Below are positions 7,280-16,971 of a stretch of DNA of 20,000 nucleotides, one piece after another. Position numbers and translations under genes: made by a program. The DNA comes from an uncultured virus (IMG/VR IMGVR_UViG_3300046519_000252) (lineage: Duplodnaviria; Heunggongvirae; Uroviricota; Caudoviricetes). Under the pieces are notes generated by a model, which was not told the origin of the DNA, ran no database searches, and was given only the letters and a program-made list of their open reading frames with translations. Location: the IMG/VR virus record IMGVR_UViG_3300046519_000252. One strand, 5' to 3'. The number at the start of each line of letters is the position of its first letter. The first letter of the stretch is position 1.

Positions 7280-10200
7280 GTGTCCGGAACGTATTCGGCC
7301 GGAGACATCGAAGCCTCCCTCAAGTTAGACCGGTCTGACTTCAACCGGGAACTCACGCAGGCCAAGCGGGATGCCGAGGATTTCCAGAGTCAGAAGTACT
7401 CCCCGAAGGTTTCTCTGGATGACACCGAGGCCAAGGCGAAAATCCAGTCGCTCAAGCAGGAACTCCAGAGTCTTCACAACATCACGGTCAGTGCCGCGTT
7501 ATCAGGGTTTGACGGGGTCACTACGCAGTTAGCAGCCCTCCAGGCGCAAGCCGACCACCTGAATGGCATGGTCATCACGATCCGTGCCGATGTGGACACG
7601 TCCGCAGCTGCAAGAGGCCTGATCTGGTTAGACGAGTCGATCACGGCAATGAACACCCGGAGTATCAACATCCACGCGGATGTTGATACTCGCGTTGCTG
7701 CGGCATCCCTGGCGGCTCTGAGAGCGGCGGCGGCGGATCCGATCACCATTCGTACCCGTACGGACGGGGATAATCCCACCCCCGATCCGGGGGTGCCCGG
7801 CGAACCCGGCGACCGCAACCGGAACCGGAGAATCGGCGGTGGGGACGGCAACAGCGCGCTCTTTTCCAAGCTGTTCAGCCTCCCGGGGCTCATCGCCGCC
7901 GTGGCCCCTCAGATTCCCGCGCTCACCACACTGCTTGGGGGCGCTACCGCAGCTGTTACTTCCTTCGGTGTCGCGGCCGGTGGTGCTCTCGGTATCTACG
8001 GGGCCGCCACGATGGGTGCTGTCAAGCAGGCGACAGCGCACGAGAAAGCCGTCCAGTCGACCGACAAGGCCCTCCAGGCGGCCCAGGCCCGGCTTGCTGG
8101 AACCACGGCCGGTACGACGGCGTACAAGAACGCCCTGAAGGCTGCTACGGAGGCGGAGAAGGCCCACAAGAAGGCTCTGGACGACCTCACGCCGTCGGAG
8201 AAGTTGTTCACGGACTCCCTGAACAACACTCAGACCGCCTGGAAGCAGTTCATCGGGGCTACCGAGGCCTACACCCTCCTGCCGGTCAGCACGGTGCTTC
8301 AGGGAGTCACCGCAGCTCTGCCCAAGTTCATTCCCCTGGTCAAGGACTTGGCGCCGGTTGTACAGGGTGTCGCGGTCAGCCTGAAGGAGTGGATGTCGGG
8401 TGACGGGCTGGTCCGGTTCGTCGACTTCCTGCGTACCTATGGCGTGCCGATCGTCAAGAACACGATCGAGGGGTTCAAGGGCTTTCTGACGGCGGGTGGG
8501 GCGATCATCCGGGCGTTCGGTCCGTGGGCCGAAAAGATGTCCGAGTTCTTCAAGCACATCGGAGAAGAGGCGGACAAGTGGGGCCGGAACGGGGGACCGG
8601 AGCGCTTCAAGGACAGCGTCAAGCGGGCGTGGGTCCAGGTTGAGCCGATCCTGACCGGGCTATGGAAACTCGCCAGGCATGTGTGGGACGTTCTCAACGG
8701 AACCGGGCAAAGCAACGGCTCCGCTTTGGCGAATGTGATCAGTGGCGTCGGTACGGCCGTCGGCACCGTCAAGCCCGCAGCGGTCAAGGCCTTCACCGAG
8801 ATCTTCACGTCTATCTCTGACGTTGCTGTGCAGCTGGCACCCGTTATCGGGATCACATCCAAAGCCATCGTGGACATCATCAACGTGCTGCCTCCCGGCA
8901 CGATCCGGGCCATCGCAGACGCCATGATCGCGTGGAAGCTGGCTATGCTCGGCTGGAGCGCCGCTGTCGCTATATGGACGGGTCTGACCGTCGTATTCGG
9001 TTTGGCGATGGACGCCTGGCTCCTGTTGAGTCTTGCTTTCGCACTGTCCCCGCTCGGGGTCATCATCACAGGTGTTGTCCTGCTTATCGGCGTCATTGTC
9101 CTGATCGCCACAAAAACCACGTGGTTCCAGACAATTTGGAAATACACCTGGAATGCGATCAAGGTTGCCTGGGACTACACCTGGAGCGCCATCAAGACCG
9201 CGTTCAGTGCCACGGTCGAATTCTTGCGTGGCAAGTTCGGACTGCTTGCCCTGCTGCTTGGCCCTATCGGCGCCATCGCCTGGATTGCTGCGAACTGGCA
9301 GAAGGTCTGGGGCGTCATCAAGGGCGTCTGGAACGACATAGTTGCAGGCGCTCTGTGGCTGTGGGGCTACATCAAACCGGTGTTTCACGGAATCGCGGTC
9401 GCCTTCGAAACAATGGCCATGATCTTTTGGAAGGTGCATGTCACCATCATCAAGGTCGTGTTCATCCTGCTGGAAGCAGCCGTCAAGGCGCTCTGGGTGT
9501 TCGTCCTCAAGCCGGTGTTCGGGTGGATCGCCGCAGGCTGGCACGCCCTGGGTGACGGCATCATGTGGGTCTGGCATCACGTCATCAAGGCCGCCTGGGA
9601 CCAAGTTGCAGCAGGGGCGGGCTGGGTGTGGACACACGGGATCAAGCCTGCGATTGGAAAGATCACGGATGCCTGGCACGCCATGGGCGACGGCGTCATG
9701 TGGGTCTGGCGTCACCTGATCAAACCGGCTTTCGATCTGGTGGCCGGGGGCTCCACCACCTTGTGGAAGAACCACATCTCGCCGTCCTTCGACGGGATCA
9801 AGGCCACCATCAGCTCAAAGTGGGATTGGCTCAAGAAGTGGGTCTTCAGCCCGATGGGGACGTTCTTCACCAAGATCATCCCTGGATGGGCCGATCTGAT
9901 GAAGGGCAAGCTGATCACGGCCTTCGACACAGCCTGGAAGGGCATTCAGAAGGTCTGGGACAACGTCAAAAAGGCGATCGGTTCGCCTATTTACCTGGTG
10001 GCCAAATACGTCTGGAATGATGCGATTTACGGCATCATGAACAAGATCAGCGGATTCGTACACCAGAAGAACCCGCTCGGGAAAATTCCGCTGGACAACA
10101 TCCCGCACTTCGCAGCCGGTGGCCCGGTGCGCGGCGGCACCCCGGGCAAGGACTCGGTTCTGTCCATGCTGATGCCTGATGAACACGTCCTCACCCGCGA

Positions 10201-11992
10201 AGACGTGGCAGCCATGGGCGGACAGCAGGCAGTTGCCCGTTTCCGCTCCGCCCTGCACGGAGGAGCCCCGGTCCAAGGCGCCAACAACACCGGCTACTTC
10301 GGCATCGGCGGCTGGATCGGTGATGCAGGTTCCGCCCTGGCCGGGACCGTCAGCAAGGGTCTGGGCGTGCTCAAGGACGCCGTCCTGGGCGCTGTGGGTG
10401 TCGTAGCCAACCCGCTCCTGAACGCGGCCGAAAAGACCGTCAACACGCTCATCCCGGCGGACGGCGGATGGCACAACCTGGCCAACGGGGCTATGAAGCA
10501 GCCCATTGAGTGGATCAAGAGCTTCATCAACAAGGAAGACAAGAAGGCGCAGAGCGTCGGGGGAGTCATCCCGGCCGGACAGCACCTCGCGATCATCGAC
10601 GCGGCACTGAAGGCCGCCGGTGCCCCGCCGCCCGGAACCAAGGAGCAGTGGGAAGCCGGGATGAACACGCTGATCCAGCGTGAGTCCGGGTGGAACGCCT
10701 CCGCCATCAACAACTGGGACAGCAACGCGAAGGCAGGTCACCCGTCTCAGGGTCTGACGCAGACGATCCCGTCCACGTTCGCCGCGTATGTTCCGCCCGC
10801 GCTGCGGAGCCTGGGCATCCTCAACCCGATCGCCAACGTCGCGGCCTCCGTCCGCTACATCAAGTCCGTGTACGGCGGTATCCAGAACGTCCAGCAGGCG
10901 AACGCCAACAAGGCCCCCAAGGGCTACTGGACGGGTACCGACGGGGCGGCCCCGGGCCTTGCGTGGGTCGGTGAGAAGGGCCCCGAGCTGGTCGAGTTCC
11001 ATGGCGGCGAGGTCGTTCACAACCACATCGACTCCGCGCGTATGGCGGCGACCGGCAGCCTGCCCGGCTACGCCTCCGGTACCAAGAAGCAGCGGGCCGC
11101 CGTCCGTCATGCCTACAACGAGCGGGACAACGACACGGACCGCCGTAACGCGGCCCAGAAGTCTTATAACGCGGCTCACACGAAGTACCTGAATGCCACC
11201 ACGGTCAAGGAGCAGCAGGCCGCGCGCAAGGAAATGGACAAGTACGAGAAGCGGATCAACAACGCGAACAAGGAGATCGCGGCCGACAACAAGTTGATCA
11301 AGCTGAACGACAAGCGGTACAAGGATGCTTCGGCGGCGGTCCGCAAGGAGCGGGCGGACGCTGCGGCCCTGGAAGCCGCCCGCAAGAAGTCGCAGAACGC
11401 GCAGATCTCGGCAATCAGGACGGCGATCCAGAACAGGATCAACGCCGTGAAGGCCGAGATCGACGCAAAGATCCAGGTAGCTACCGATGCTCGTAACGGC
11501 TACTACGACGCGGCGAAGCAGAGCGGGCAACTGACCAACCTGACGGGCAACCGGGCGGCCGGGTTCACCCAGCAGCTCCAGGCCAAGATCACGGCTATCA
11601 AGAACTTCCAGGCCAACTTGCACAAGCTGGCCACCCTTGGTCTGTCCCAGGGTGTTATCCAGCAGATCGCGGCAATGGGTCCGGACCAGGGTGGGGCGCT
11701 TGCTCAGTCGCTTGCCCGGACAACGACGGCAGCCGACGCGAAGGATCTGAACGCGAAATACGCGGAGCTGGACAAGGTCTCTGGACAGTACGCGGATTCC
11801 GCTGCCAATGACGGGTTCGGGTTGAGCAAGCTCAAGGCAGAATCCGCTGTCCTGTCCAAGACGAAAATTACTGTTACAGCACCTCATACGATCATGGTTA
11901 CTATTGACGGAAAGACCTTCAAGGCCCACACGGAAGCGACCGTGGATGCGAAGGTGACCGAGATCGTAGCCGCTGCCGGAAAGAAGAAGTGA
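7280..11992 (+). CDS. Tape measure protein with lytic transglycosylase (SLT) domain
   Basis: 1570 aa, helical Ala/Gly-rich, Trp-periodic repeats, hydrophobic segments; FAAGG..GTPGKDSV...DEHVL and AWVGEKGPELV motifs; SLT motif IQRESGWN...NNWDSNAKAGHPSQGLTQTIPSTF...NPIANVAASVRYI..YG at about 10660-10880. Confidence 0.95.
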   Translation: MSGTYSAGDIEASLKLDRSDFNRELTQAKRDAEDFQSQKYSPKVSLDDTEAKAKIQSLKQELQSLHNITVSAALSGFDGVTTQLAALQAQADHLNGMVITIRADVDTSAAARGLIWLDESITAMNTRSINIHADVDTRVAAASLAALRAAAADPITIRTRTDGDNPTPDPGVPGEPGDRNRNRRIGGGDGNSALFSKLFSLPGLIAAVAPQIPALTTLLGGATAAVTSFGVAAGGALGIYGAATMGAVKQATAHEKAVQSTDKALQAAQARLAGTTAGTTAYKNALKAATEAEKAHKKALDDLTPSEKLFTDSLNNTQTAWKQFIGATEAYTLLPVSTVLQGVTAALPKFIPLVKDLAPVVQGVAVSLKEWMSGDGLVRFVDFLRTYGVPIVKNTIEGFKGFLTAGGAIIRAFGPWAEKMSEFFKHIGEEADKWGRNGGPERFKDSVKRAWVQVEPILTGLWKLARHVWDVLNGTGQSNGSALANVISGVGTAVGTVKPAAVKAFTEIFTSISDVAVQLAPVIGITSKAIVDIINVLPPGTIRAIADAMIAWKLAMLGWSAAVAIWTGLTVVFGLAMDAWLLLSLAFALSPLGVIITGVVLLIGVIVLIATKTTWFQTIWKYTWNAIKVAWDYTWSAIKTAFSATVEFLRGKFGLLALLLGPIGAIAWIAANWQKVWGVIKGVWNDIVAGALWLWGYIKPVFHGIAVAFETMAMIFWKVHVTIIKVVFILLEAAVKALWVFVLKPVFGWIAAGWHALGDGIMWVWHHVIKAAWDQVAAGAGWVWTHGIKPAIGKITDAWHAMGDGVMWVWRHLIKPAFDLVAGGSTTLWKNHISPSFDGIKATISSKWDWLKKWVFSPMGTFFTKIIPGWADLMKGKLITAFDTAWKGIQKVWDNVKKAIGSPIYLVAKYVWNDAIYGIMNKISGFVHQKNPLGKIPLDNIPHFAAGGPVRGGTPGKDSVLSMLMPDEHVLTREDVAAMGGQQAVARFRSALHGGAPVQGANNTGYFGIGGWIGDAGSALAGTVSKGLGVLKDAVLGAVGVVANPLLNAAEKTVNTLIPADGGWHNLANGAMKQPIEWIKSFINKEDKKAQSVGGVIPAGQHLAIIDAALKAAGAPPPGTKEQWEAGMNTLIQRESGWNASAINNWDSNAKAGHPSQGLTQTIPSTFAAYVPPALRSLGILNPIANVAASVRYIKSVYGGIQNVQQANANKAPKGYWTGTDGAAPGLAWVGEKGPELVEFHGGEVVHNHIDSARMAATGSLPGYASGTKKQRAAVRHAYNERDNDTDRRNAAQKSYNAAHTKYLNATTVKEQQAARKEMDKYEKRINNANKEIAADNKLIKLNDKRYKDASAAVRKERADAAALEAARKKSQNAQISAIRTAIQNRINAVKAEIDAKIQVATDARNGYYDAAKQSGQLTNLTGNRAAGFTQQLQAKITAIKNFQANLHKLATLGLSQGVIQQIAAMGPDQGGALAQSLARTTTAADAKDLNAKYAELDKVSGQYADSAANDGFGLSKLKAESAVLSKTKITVTAPHTIMVTIDGKTFKAHTEATVDAKVTEIVAAAGKKK
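9539..9790 (+). repeat. 135-bp (45-aa) internal duplication in tape measure gene
   Basis: WHALGDGIMWVWHHVIK at 9539 and WHAMGDGVMWVWRHLIK at 9674. Confidence 0.75.
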
Positions 11993-11993
11993 C

Positions 11994-13322
11994 ATGCCGG
12001 TTGTAGTCCCTACCGGAGCCCCGGTCTCCTCTTCAACAACGGATTCCACCTCGTTCGACAGCCGTATCCGGGTTATCGACGACCCGGCTTTCGGCGGCGT
12101 CCGAATCAAGATCGATTACTCGCTGGACCTCAACTTATGGTCCAGCCCCTTCCAGTGCACGGTCTACCGGAAGCACGATGACGGCTCCGTGTACACCGTG
12201 CGAGGGGGCGACCCCTACCTGAACTACACAGGCAAGGGCTGGCTGTATGACCAGGAAGCCCCTTTGGGCCAGCCCGTGTCCTACTACGTCGTCCCTGTCG
12301 ACGCCGACGGCACCTCCGGTGTCCAGTCCGCCGCCGCCTCCATCATCACCGGGACGCCCGCCGGGGGCTTCAACGCGCCGGATATGTGGCTGGTCAATCT
12401 GGCCGACCCCAGCGCCTCCCTCCGGGTTCGCGGTACCAGCACGCTTTCCGGTAACTACAACGGACGCAGCGACAAACAGGTTGTCCTCGGCAGCCCCTAC
12501 CCCACAGTGACCCCGGACACCCGGAACGGTCTGAGCACCCAGATAACCGTGCTCACGGTAGGAAAACAGGAGTTCCTTGCCATGCAGGAACTCCTGAAAC
12601 AGAGCATCATCATGAGGAAGTCGTCATTATGGGAGCGCCCTGACGGCTATTTCACTGTAGACGATGTTTCTTACGCCTCACAGGCCGCCGCAACCGGTCG
12701 CGGCGTGTACGCGTGGCAGATGAGCCTCACCGAGGTAGGCCGCCCCAACACGTACGGGCAGACCGTGGCCAGCCCCTCCTTCACATTCAAGGCATACCAG
12801 GCTCAGTACCCGCTGTTCAGCGACGCCCCCGCACTGCCCTTCGATGCCATCCAGGGGGGCAACGTCATGGACCCCAACACGTCCAGCCTGGAAACCGACG
12901 CCTCACAGTGGGTGGCAAACACCAACACGACGATCGCGTGGTCGGCAGCCCAGGCCAAGCAGGGCACGCACTCCCTGAAGATGACCGCCACAGCGGCGGG
13001 TGTTTTCGGAGCGTTCACGGGGCCGCGTTTCCCAGTGAACCCCAACAGCACGTACACCTTCACCGCGTGGCTGTACAGCCCGAACGGGCTGGTGGCAGAC
13101 CTTCAGCTCGACTGGAAAGACGGCGCAGGCATCTACCTCTCCAGCGACTCCCTTGGCGAGTGGGGTCTGACCGTGGCCCTTACCCCGAACATCTGGACCA
13201 AGGTGATCCTGGCCGTCAAGCCGGTCCCCGGGTCTGCCCTGGTCACACCGCTGGTCCGCCTGACGGCGACAGCGGGAGGTCAGATCGGCTACGCGGATGC
13301 CATGACGCTGGAGAACATCTGA
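11994..13322 (+). CDS. Minor tail protein (distal-tail position) with C-terminal carbohydrate-binding-like domain
   Basis: First gene after tape measure; VRGG...YDQEAPLG.PV.Y motif of actinophage minor tail proteins; C-terminal ~150 aa (N...SLE.DA.QW...G.HSLK.T....V.PN.TYTF.AW...W.K....Y.D.M.L) resembles CBM4/9 jelly-roll. Confidence 0.75.
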   Translation: MPVVVPTGAPVSSSTTDSTSFDSRIRVIDDPAFGGVRIKIDYSLDLNLWSSPFQCTVYRKHDDGSVYTVRGGDPYLNYTGKGWLYDQEAPLGQPVSYYVVPVDADGTSGVQSAAASIITGTPAGGFNAPDMWLVNLADPSASLRVRGTSTLSGNYNGRSDKQVVLGSPYPTVTPDTRNGLSTQITVLTVGKQEFLAMQELLKQSIIMRKSSLWERPDGYFTVDDVSYASQAAATGRGVYAWQMSLTEVGRPNTYGQTVASPSFTFKAYQAQYPLFSDAPALPFDAIQGGNVMDPNTSSLETDASQWVANTNTTIAWSAAQAKQGTHSLKMTATAAGVFGAFTGPRFPVNPNSTYTFTAWLYSPNGLVADLQLDWKDGAGIYLSSDSLGEWGLTVALTPNIWTKVILAVKPVPGSALVTPLVRLTATAGGQIGYADAMTLENI

Positions 13323-14470
13323 TGCTCACTCACTCGGAACGCCTGGGACGGATGCTGGCCGACGGCACTCCGCTGAAGATCGAACCGGTACTGGAGTGGT
13401 CCCCGGACTGGGCCAACTGGTATCCGCTGGACATCCTTGGCGGCAGCCACACCCAGGACCGCACGAGTACCGTCCGGTGGACCATGAGCTGCACCGTGGC
13501 GAAGAACATCCCGGTGGGGTTCGACGGCATCCACCCCTATGGCTGCCGTCTCCGGCTCCAACTGGCTGTGTCCTTCCTGGGGTCGTCACCCGAATACATC
13601 CCCGCAGGCCTGTATTCGGTCACGTCGGTCACAGAGAACTTCAACAACCTGGGTATCGCAGGCTCCAGTTTCGAACAGGATGTCATCGACAGCACGTTTC
13701 CCGTGGTCCGGAACCTGCCGGACAACCGCTCGATGACCTACCGCAGGCAAGCGGAAAAACTGATCTCCGAAGCTGTTCCGGACGCCCGGTACCTCTGGGA
13801 TCCCCGGCTGTCCGCGAACGCCGCCATGACCTCCATGGCCGTAGACAGTGACCGCTGGTCGGTCATCCACGGGACCGCCAACGACGCATCTGTGGCCACA
13901 GCGCTCGGTGCGGACGCCCTCTGCGATGCTTCGGGAGCGTTCTCTTTCGTCCGGCGCCCTTCCCTCGCAGACGATCCTGTGTGGGCGGTTTCTGAGGACA
14001 CGCAGACCAAGATCTCTTCGACGTTCGCCTACGACCGGCAGAACGTGTTCAACCTTGTCGTAGTCACCGGGACCCCTGCCGATGGCGGCAGTCCGGTCGG
14101 CCCCGTGTTCGTGTGGGACGACGATCCGTACTCCCCGACCTACGCAGGCCCGGATCCCGTGAACCATCCGGAACTCGCAGGGCACTTCGGAGTCAAGCCC
14201 TACCGGTACGACTCCCCGCTCATCACCAGCGACCGGCAGGCCTGGCAGGTCGGTCACGCAATCCTGGCCGACCTCGTAGGCGAATCCAAGACGGTGTCCT
14301 TTTCAGGCCGCTACAACCCCTGCCAGGAAGCCGGAGACGTCGTCCTGATCACCCGGGCGGACGGACAGCCGGAAGGCCACCTGGTGGACTCTCTCAGCTA
14401 CACGTGGGCCTCGGGCGCCGCGTCCTACACCACGCGTAGTACCAAGCAGGAGGTCACCGTTCATGTCTGA
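13322..14470 (+). CDS. Minor tail protein (baseplate hub/Tal position, DUF5047-like)
   Basis: True start likely ATG 13322 (TGATG overlap), not 12713; motifs DRTS.VR, PYG..L, FN.VVV.G, WDDDP.SPTY.G....G.FG.KP..Y.SPLI, P..EAGDVV. Confidence 0.8.
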   Translation: MLTHSERLGRMLADGTPLKIEPVLEWSPDWANWYPLDILGGSHTQDRTSTVRWTMSCTVAKNIPVGFDGIHPYGCRLRLQLAVSFLGSSPEYIPAGLYSVTSVTENFNNLGIAGSSFEQDVIDSTFPVVRNLPDNRSMTYRRQAEKLISEAVPDARYLWDPRLSANAAMTSMAVDSDRWSVIHGTANDASVATALGADALCDASGAFSFVRRPSLADDPVWAVSEDTQTKISSTFAYDRQNVFNLVVVTGTPADGGSPVGPVFVWDDDPYSPTYAGPDPVNHPELAGHFGVKPYRYDSPLITSDRQAWQVGHAILADLVGESKTVSFSGRYNPCQEAGDVVLITRADGQPEGHLVDSLSYTWASGAASYTTRSTKQEVTVHV

Positions 14471-15224
14471 GGCTGCGAACCTGCTGTCCAAACTCACTCA
14501 AAACGACCGCGCCGTAAAAACGCTCCGAGCCACTGTCTCCTCCTACCGGGAAGACGGAACGGTCAACCTCAGCTACGGCACATCACGTATGTACGGGATC
14601 CCCTGCCTGGCCTCCTACACCGCGCGGGCTATCGGGGACGTGGTGCAGGTGCTGGACCTCGGCAACAGCGTCTGGGTGGTCCTGGGGCGTATCGGCGGGA
14701 CCGACTCCGGGTTTGTCGGCCCCGCTGCCCAGAACAGCGGATACCAGCAGTACTACCTGGACACTCTGACCAGCCGGGGTACAACGGATATCGGGTACGA
14801 AGGCTATATAGGATCTTCCGGCGCCGACAAAGAGCGGCCCCTCATGCTGGCATGGTCCTACTACAACGGCTTTGCCAACACGATGAACCTCGCTTTCTCA
14901 CCCAAGACCTCCGCAACGGTTTACGTCGCCCGCAGCAACCGGTTACACGGACAGCGGGAAGCGGTGGAAATGCGGCTCTGCCCGCACAACTACAACACGC
15001 TTCCGAGCACCATCACACTGGATACAGCGTCTTTCAGTCCCGTCAATTTCCGGCTGGAAGTAGGGGAAGTACGAGCCATCCCCTTGCCCGCAGACTGGTT
15101 TGCGGCAGCCGCCGCAGGCACCCCGACCATCAAGGGGTTCGCCGTCCAGCCCATCACGGTAAGCCCATCAACGTCGGGTTACGCGATTTTCAGTCCCACA
15201 TCGGGCGGTTACCGCACGTTTTAA
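14463..15224 (+). CDS. Minor tail protein
   Basis: RBS AGGAGG; N-terminal ATV.....GTV.L......PCLASY.....GDVV.VL....VLGRI OB-fold-like motif typical of the gene after the hub. Confidence 0.75.
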   Translation: MSEAANLLSKLTQNDRAVKTLRATVSSYREDGTVNLSYGTSRMYGIPCLASYTARAIGDVVQVLDLGNSVWVVLGRIGGTDSGFVGPAAQNSGYQQYYLDTLTSRGTTDIGYEGYIGSSGADKERPLMLAWSYYNGFANTMNLAFSPKTSATVYVARSNRLHGQREAVEMRLCPHNYNTLPSTITLDTASFSPVNFRLEVGEVRAIPLPADWFAAAAAGTPTIKGFAVQPITVSPSTSGYAIFSPTSGGYRTF

Positions 15225-15259
15225 TCGGTATAGTTGTTCGACAGTAAAGGAGGGAATCC

Positions 15260-15895
15260 GTGGGAGCCACGTACAGCGCGTTTTCTGCACTTCCGGTGCC
15301 GGATACCGCAGCCAACAATGACGTCCCCTACTGGTTATCCCAGCTGGTAGCCGTCATGGATACCAAACTTCTGCTCACCGCCACCTCCACGACGGACCGG
15401 GACAGCCGGTACTTCAACGCACCGTCAGGAGTGCTCTGCGTCGTCCGCGACGGCACTGGGGCGATTCTCGGCGTGTACGTGAAGACGTCCAACGCAGGGA
15501 CGTCTGTCTGGGCTACTGTCTGGGCCGCCCCCGTTCCGCAAGTGCCGGTCAACATCCCCCTCTCGGACGGCGTGCAGGTAACGAACGGTAAACCGCCTGT
15601 TGCTGTTTACAACCCGGCGGTAAACACGTGGTCACTCTGGGGAAACGTCGCTTTCACCAACGGCACCAATATCCCGACCAACACCATTCTCGGAACTATT
15701 CCGGCTGCGATCTCCCTCAGTACGGTCCAGCCCTACTACGAAGGTGTTGCCCCCACCTCGGTCGGAGGAGCTGGCAGCCCGTCCGGAGGGGCAAAAATTT
15801 CTTTCCAGCCCGGCGGCAATATCGTGGTATTCCTACCACCCGCTGTCTCCCCGGCCTGGGTCGGTTTTGACGGTATTGTACTTCCGGGCGCGTAG
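15260..15895 (+). CDS. Minor tail/fibre-associated protein
   Basis: RBS AAGGAGG, GTG start; LPVPD..A.NDVP..L..L...D N-terminus, STTDRD...PSG motif, beta-rich C-terminus (LWGNV....GT.....LGTIP). Confidence 0.7.
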   Translation: MGATYSAFSALPVPDTAANNDVPYWLSQLVAVMDTKLLLTATSTTDRDSRYFNAPSGVLCVVRDGTGAILGVYVKTSNAGTSVWATVWAAPVPQVPVNIPLSDGVQVTNGKPPVAVYNPAVNTWSLWGNVAFTNGTNIPTNTILGTIPAAISLSTVQPYYEGVAPTSVGGAGSPSGGAKISFQPGGNIVVFLPPAVSPAWVGFDGIVLPGA

Positions 15896-15906
15896 GGAGA
15901 ATTGAC

Positions 15907-16971
15907 GTGGCTCGTTTCATTTACGGTGGCGGGGGTGACGGTGACATCATCAAGCCCACGGGTGTCCCGTACATCAACGCCGGTGCAAACGTGTTCGACG
16001 CCCGGTCTGGTGGGTCCCAGATTTCAGACCTCCAGAACATTTCCGGCGTCGCTATCACCTCGGTAACCACCGATGCATTCGGACAGGCGATTTTCTACGG
16101 CCCCGACAACTACATCGGAGTCCTCTGGCTCGACTTCGGCAGCGGCGTCCGATGGGCTGTATCCCCCAAGGCGGTGGACCTGGCGGCGACGCGTGCCGTC
16201 GCGGTACAGCGGGCGGCCGACGCTGCGGCTACGACCCCCACCACGAAGGCAGGCCTCCCGTACAACGCGGCAGACCCCCTGGAGCAGGCTCTCGCCACTG
16301 CTCTGGACCCTCTGGTCATCCCGCGCTTCGCCAGCCCGTCCGCCCGGGATGCGGCGTTCCCGTCCCCTCAGAACGGTGACCGCGTCTGGCGCACCGACCT
16401 GGCAGCGGAGCAGATTTACAACGGCCAGCTGGGGTTGTGGCGGGCCACGTCCTTCGCCTACAACTTCGGCACCGTGGGCGGCTCTGTCACGGTCTCCAAC
16501 ACAACGACAGAAACTGTGCTGGCTACTGCGGCGGTTCCCGCAGGGGTGGTAGCCGGTGCCACCTACCGGATCACTGCCTACGGCACGCTGATTCAGGCTG
16601 CCAGCACCACCCCGAACATCAGCTTCAGGACCAAAGTCGGCGGTATCTCCGGAACCACGATGAGTTCCACCCTCTTCACCGCCGCAAGCAACGCGTCCCC
16701 GGCTCCCCGCCCCTGGCGGGCGGAAGGGTTCATCACCGTTGTCTCCACAGGTACCAGCGGTACCTGGTTCGGAAACCTGGGCACGCAGTCTTCCATCACG
16801 TCCACTACCTCTTTGAATACGGCTGACGCCTCGGTTCGTACCGACGGAACGACAGCGGTCACCCGCGATACCACGGTGTCTCAGCTCCTTGTGCTGACCG
16901 CACAGTGGAATACCGCGTCCACTTCCAACATTTGTGTCCAATACGGGTGGGTTTGGGAGAGGATCTGCTGA
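15907..16971 (+). CDS. Tail fibre/receptor-binding protein 1
   Basis: RBS GGGAG, GTG start; N-terminal ~172 aa shared with next gene; Thr/Ser-rich beta C-terminal domain. Confidence 0.7.
   Translation: MARFIYGGGGDGDIIKPTGVPYINAGANVFDARSGGSQISDLQNISGVAITSVTTDAFGQAIFYGPDNYIGVLWLDFGSGVRWAVSPKAVDLAATRAVAVQRAADAAATTPTTKAGLPYNAADPLEQALATALDPLVIPRFASPSARDAAFPSPQNGDRVWRTDLAAEQIYNGQLGLWRATSFAYNFGTVGGSVTVSNTTTETVLATAAVPAGVVAGATYRITAYGTLIQAASTTPNISFRTKVGGISGTTMSSTLFTAASNASPAPRPWRAEGFITVVSTGTSGTWFGNLGTQSSITSTTSLNTADASVRTDGTTAVTRDTTVSQLLVLTAQWNTASTSNICVQYGWVWERIC

Noticed and set aside
9815..12109. 764-aa minus-strand ORF (and other long antisense ORFs such as 7628..8557, 8660..9775, 16024..16941)
   Set aside because: Shadow ORFs opposite clear + strand genes; expected from high-GC codon bias; no recognisable protein features.
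12713..13321. N-terminal 203 aa of the 585-aa ORF
   Set aside because: Overlaps the distal tail gene in another frame with Arg/Pro/Gly-rich nonsense composition; TGATG at 13320-24 gives the credible start.
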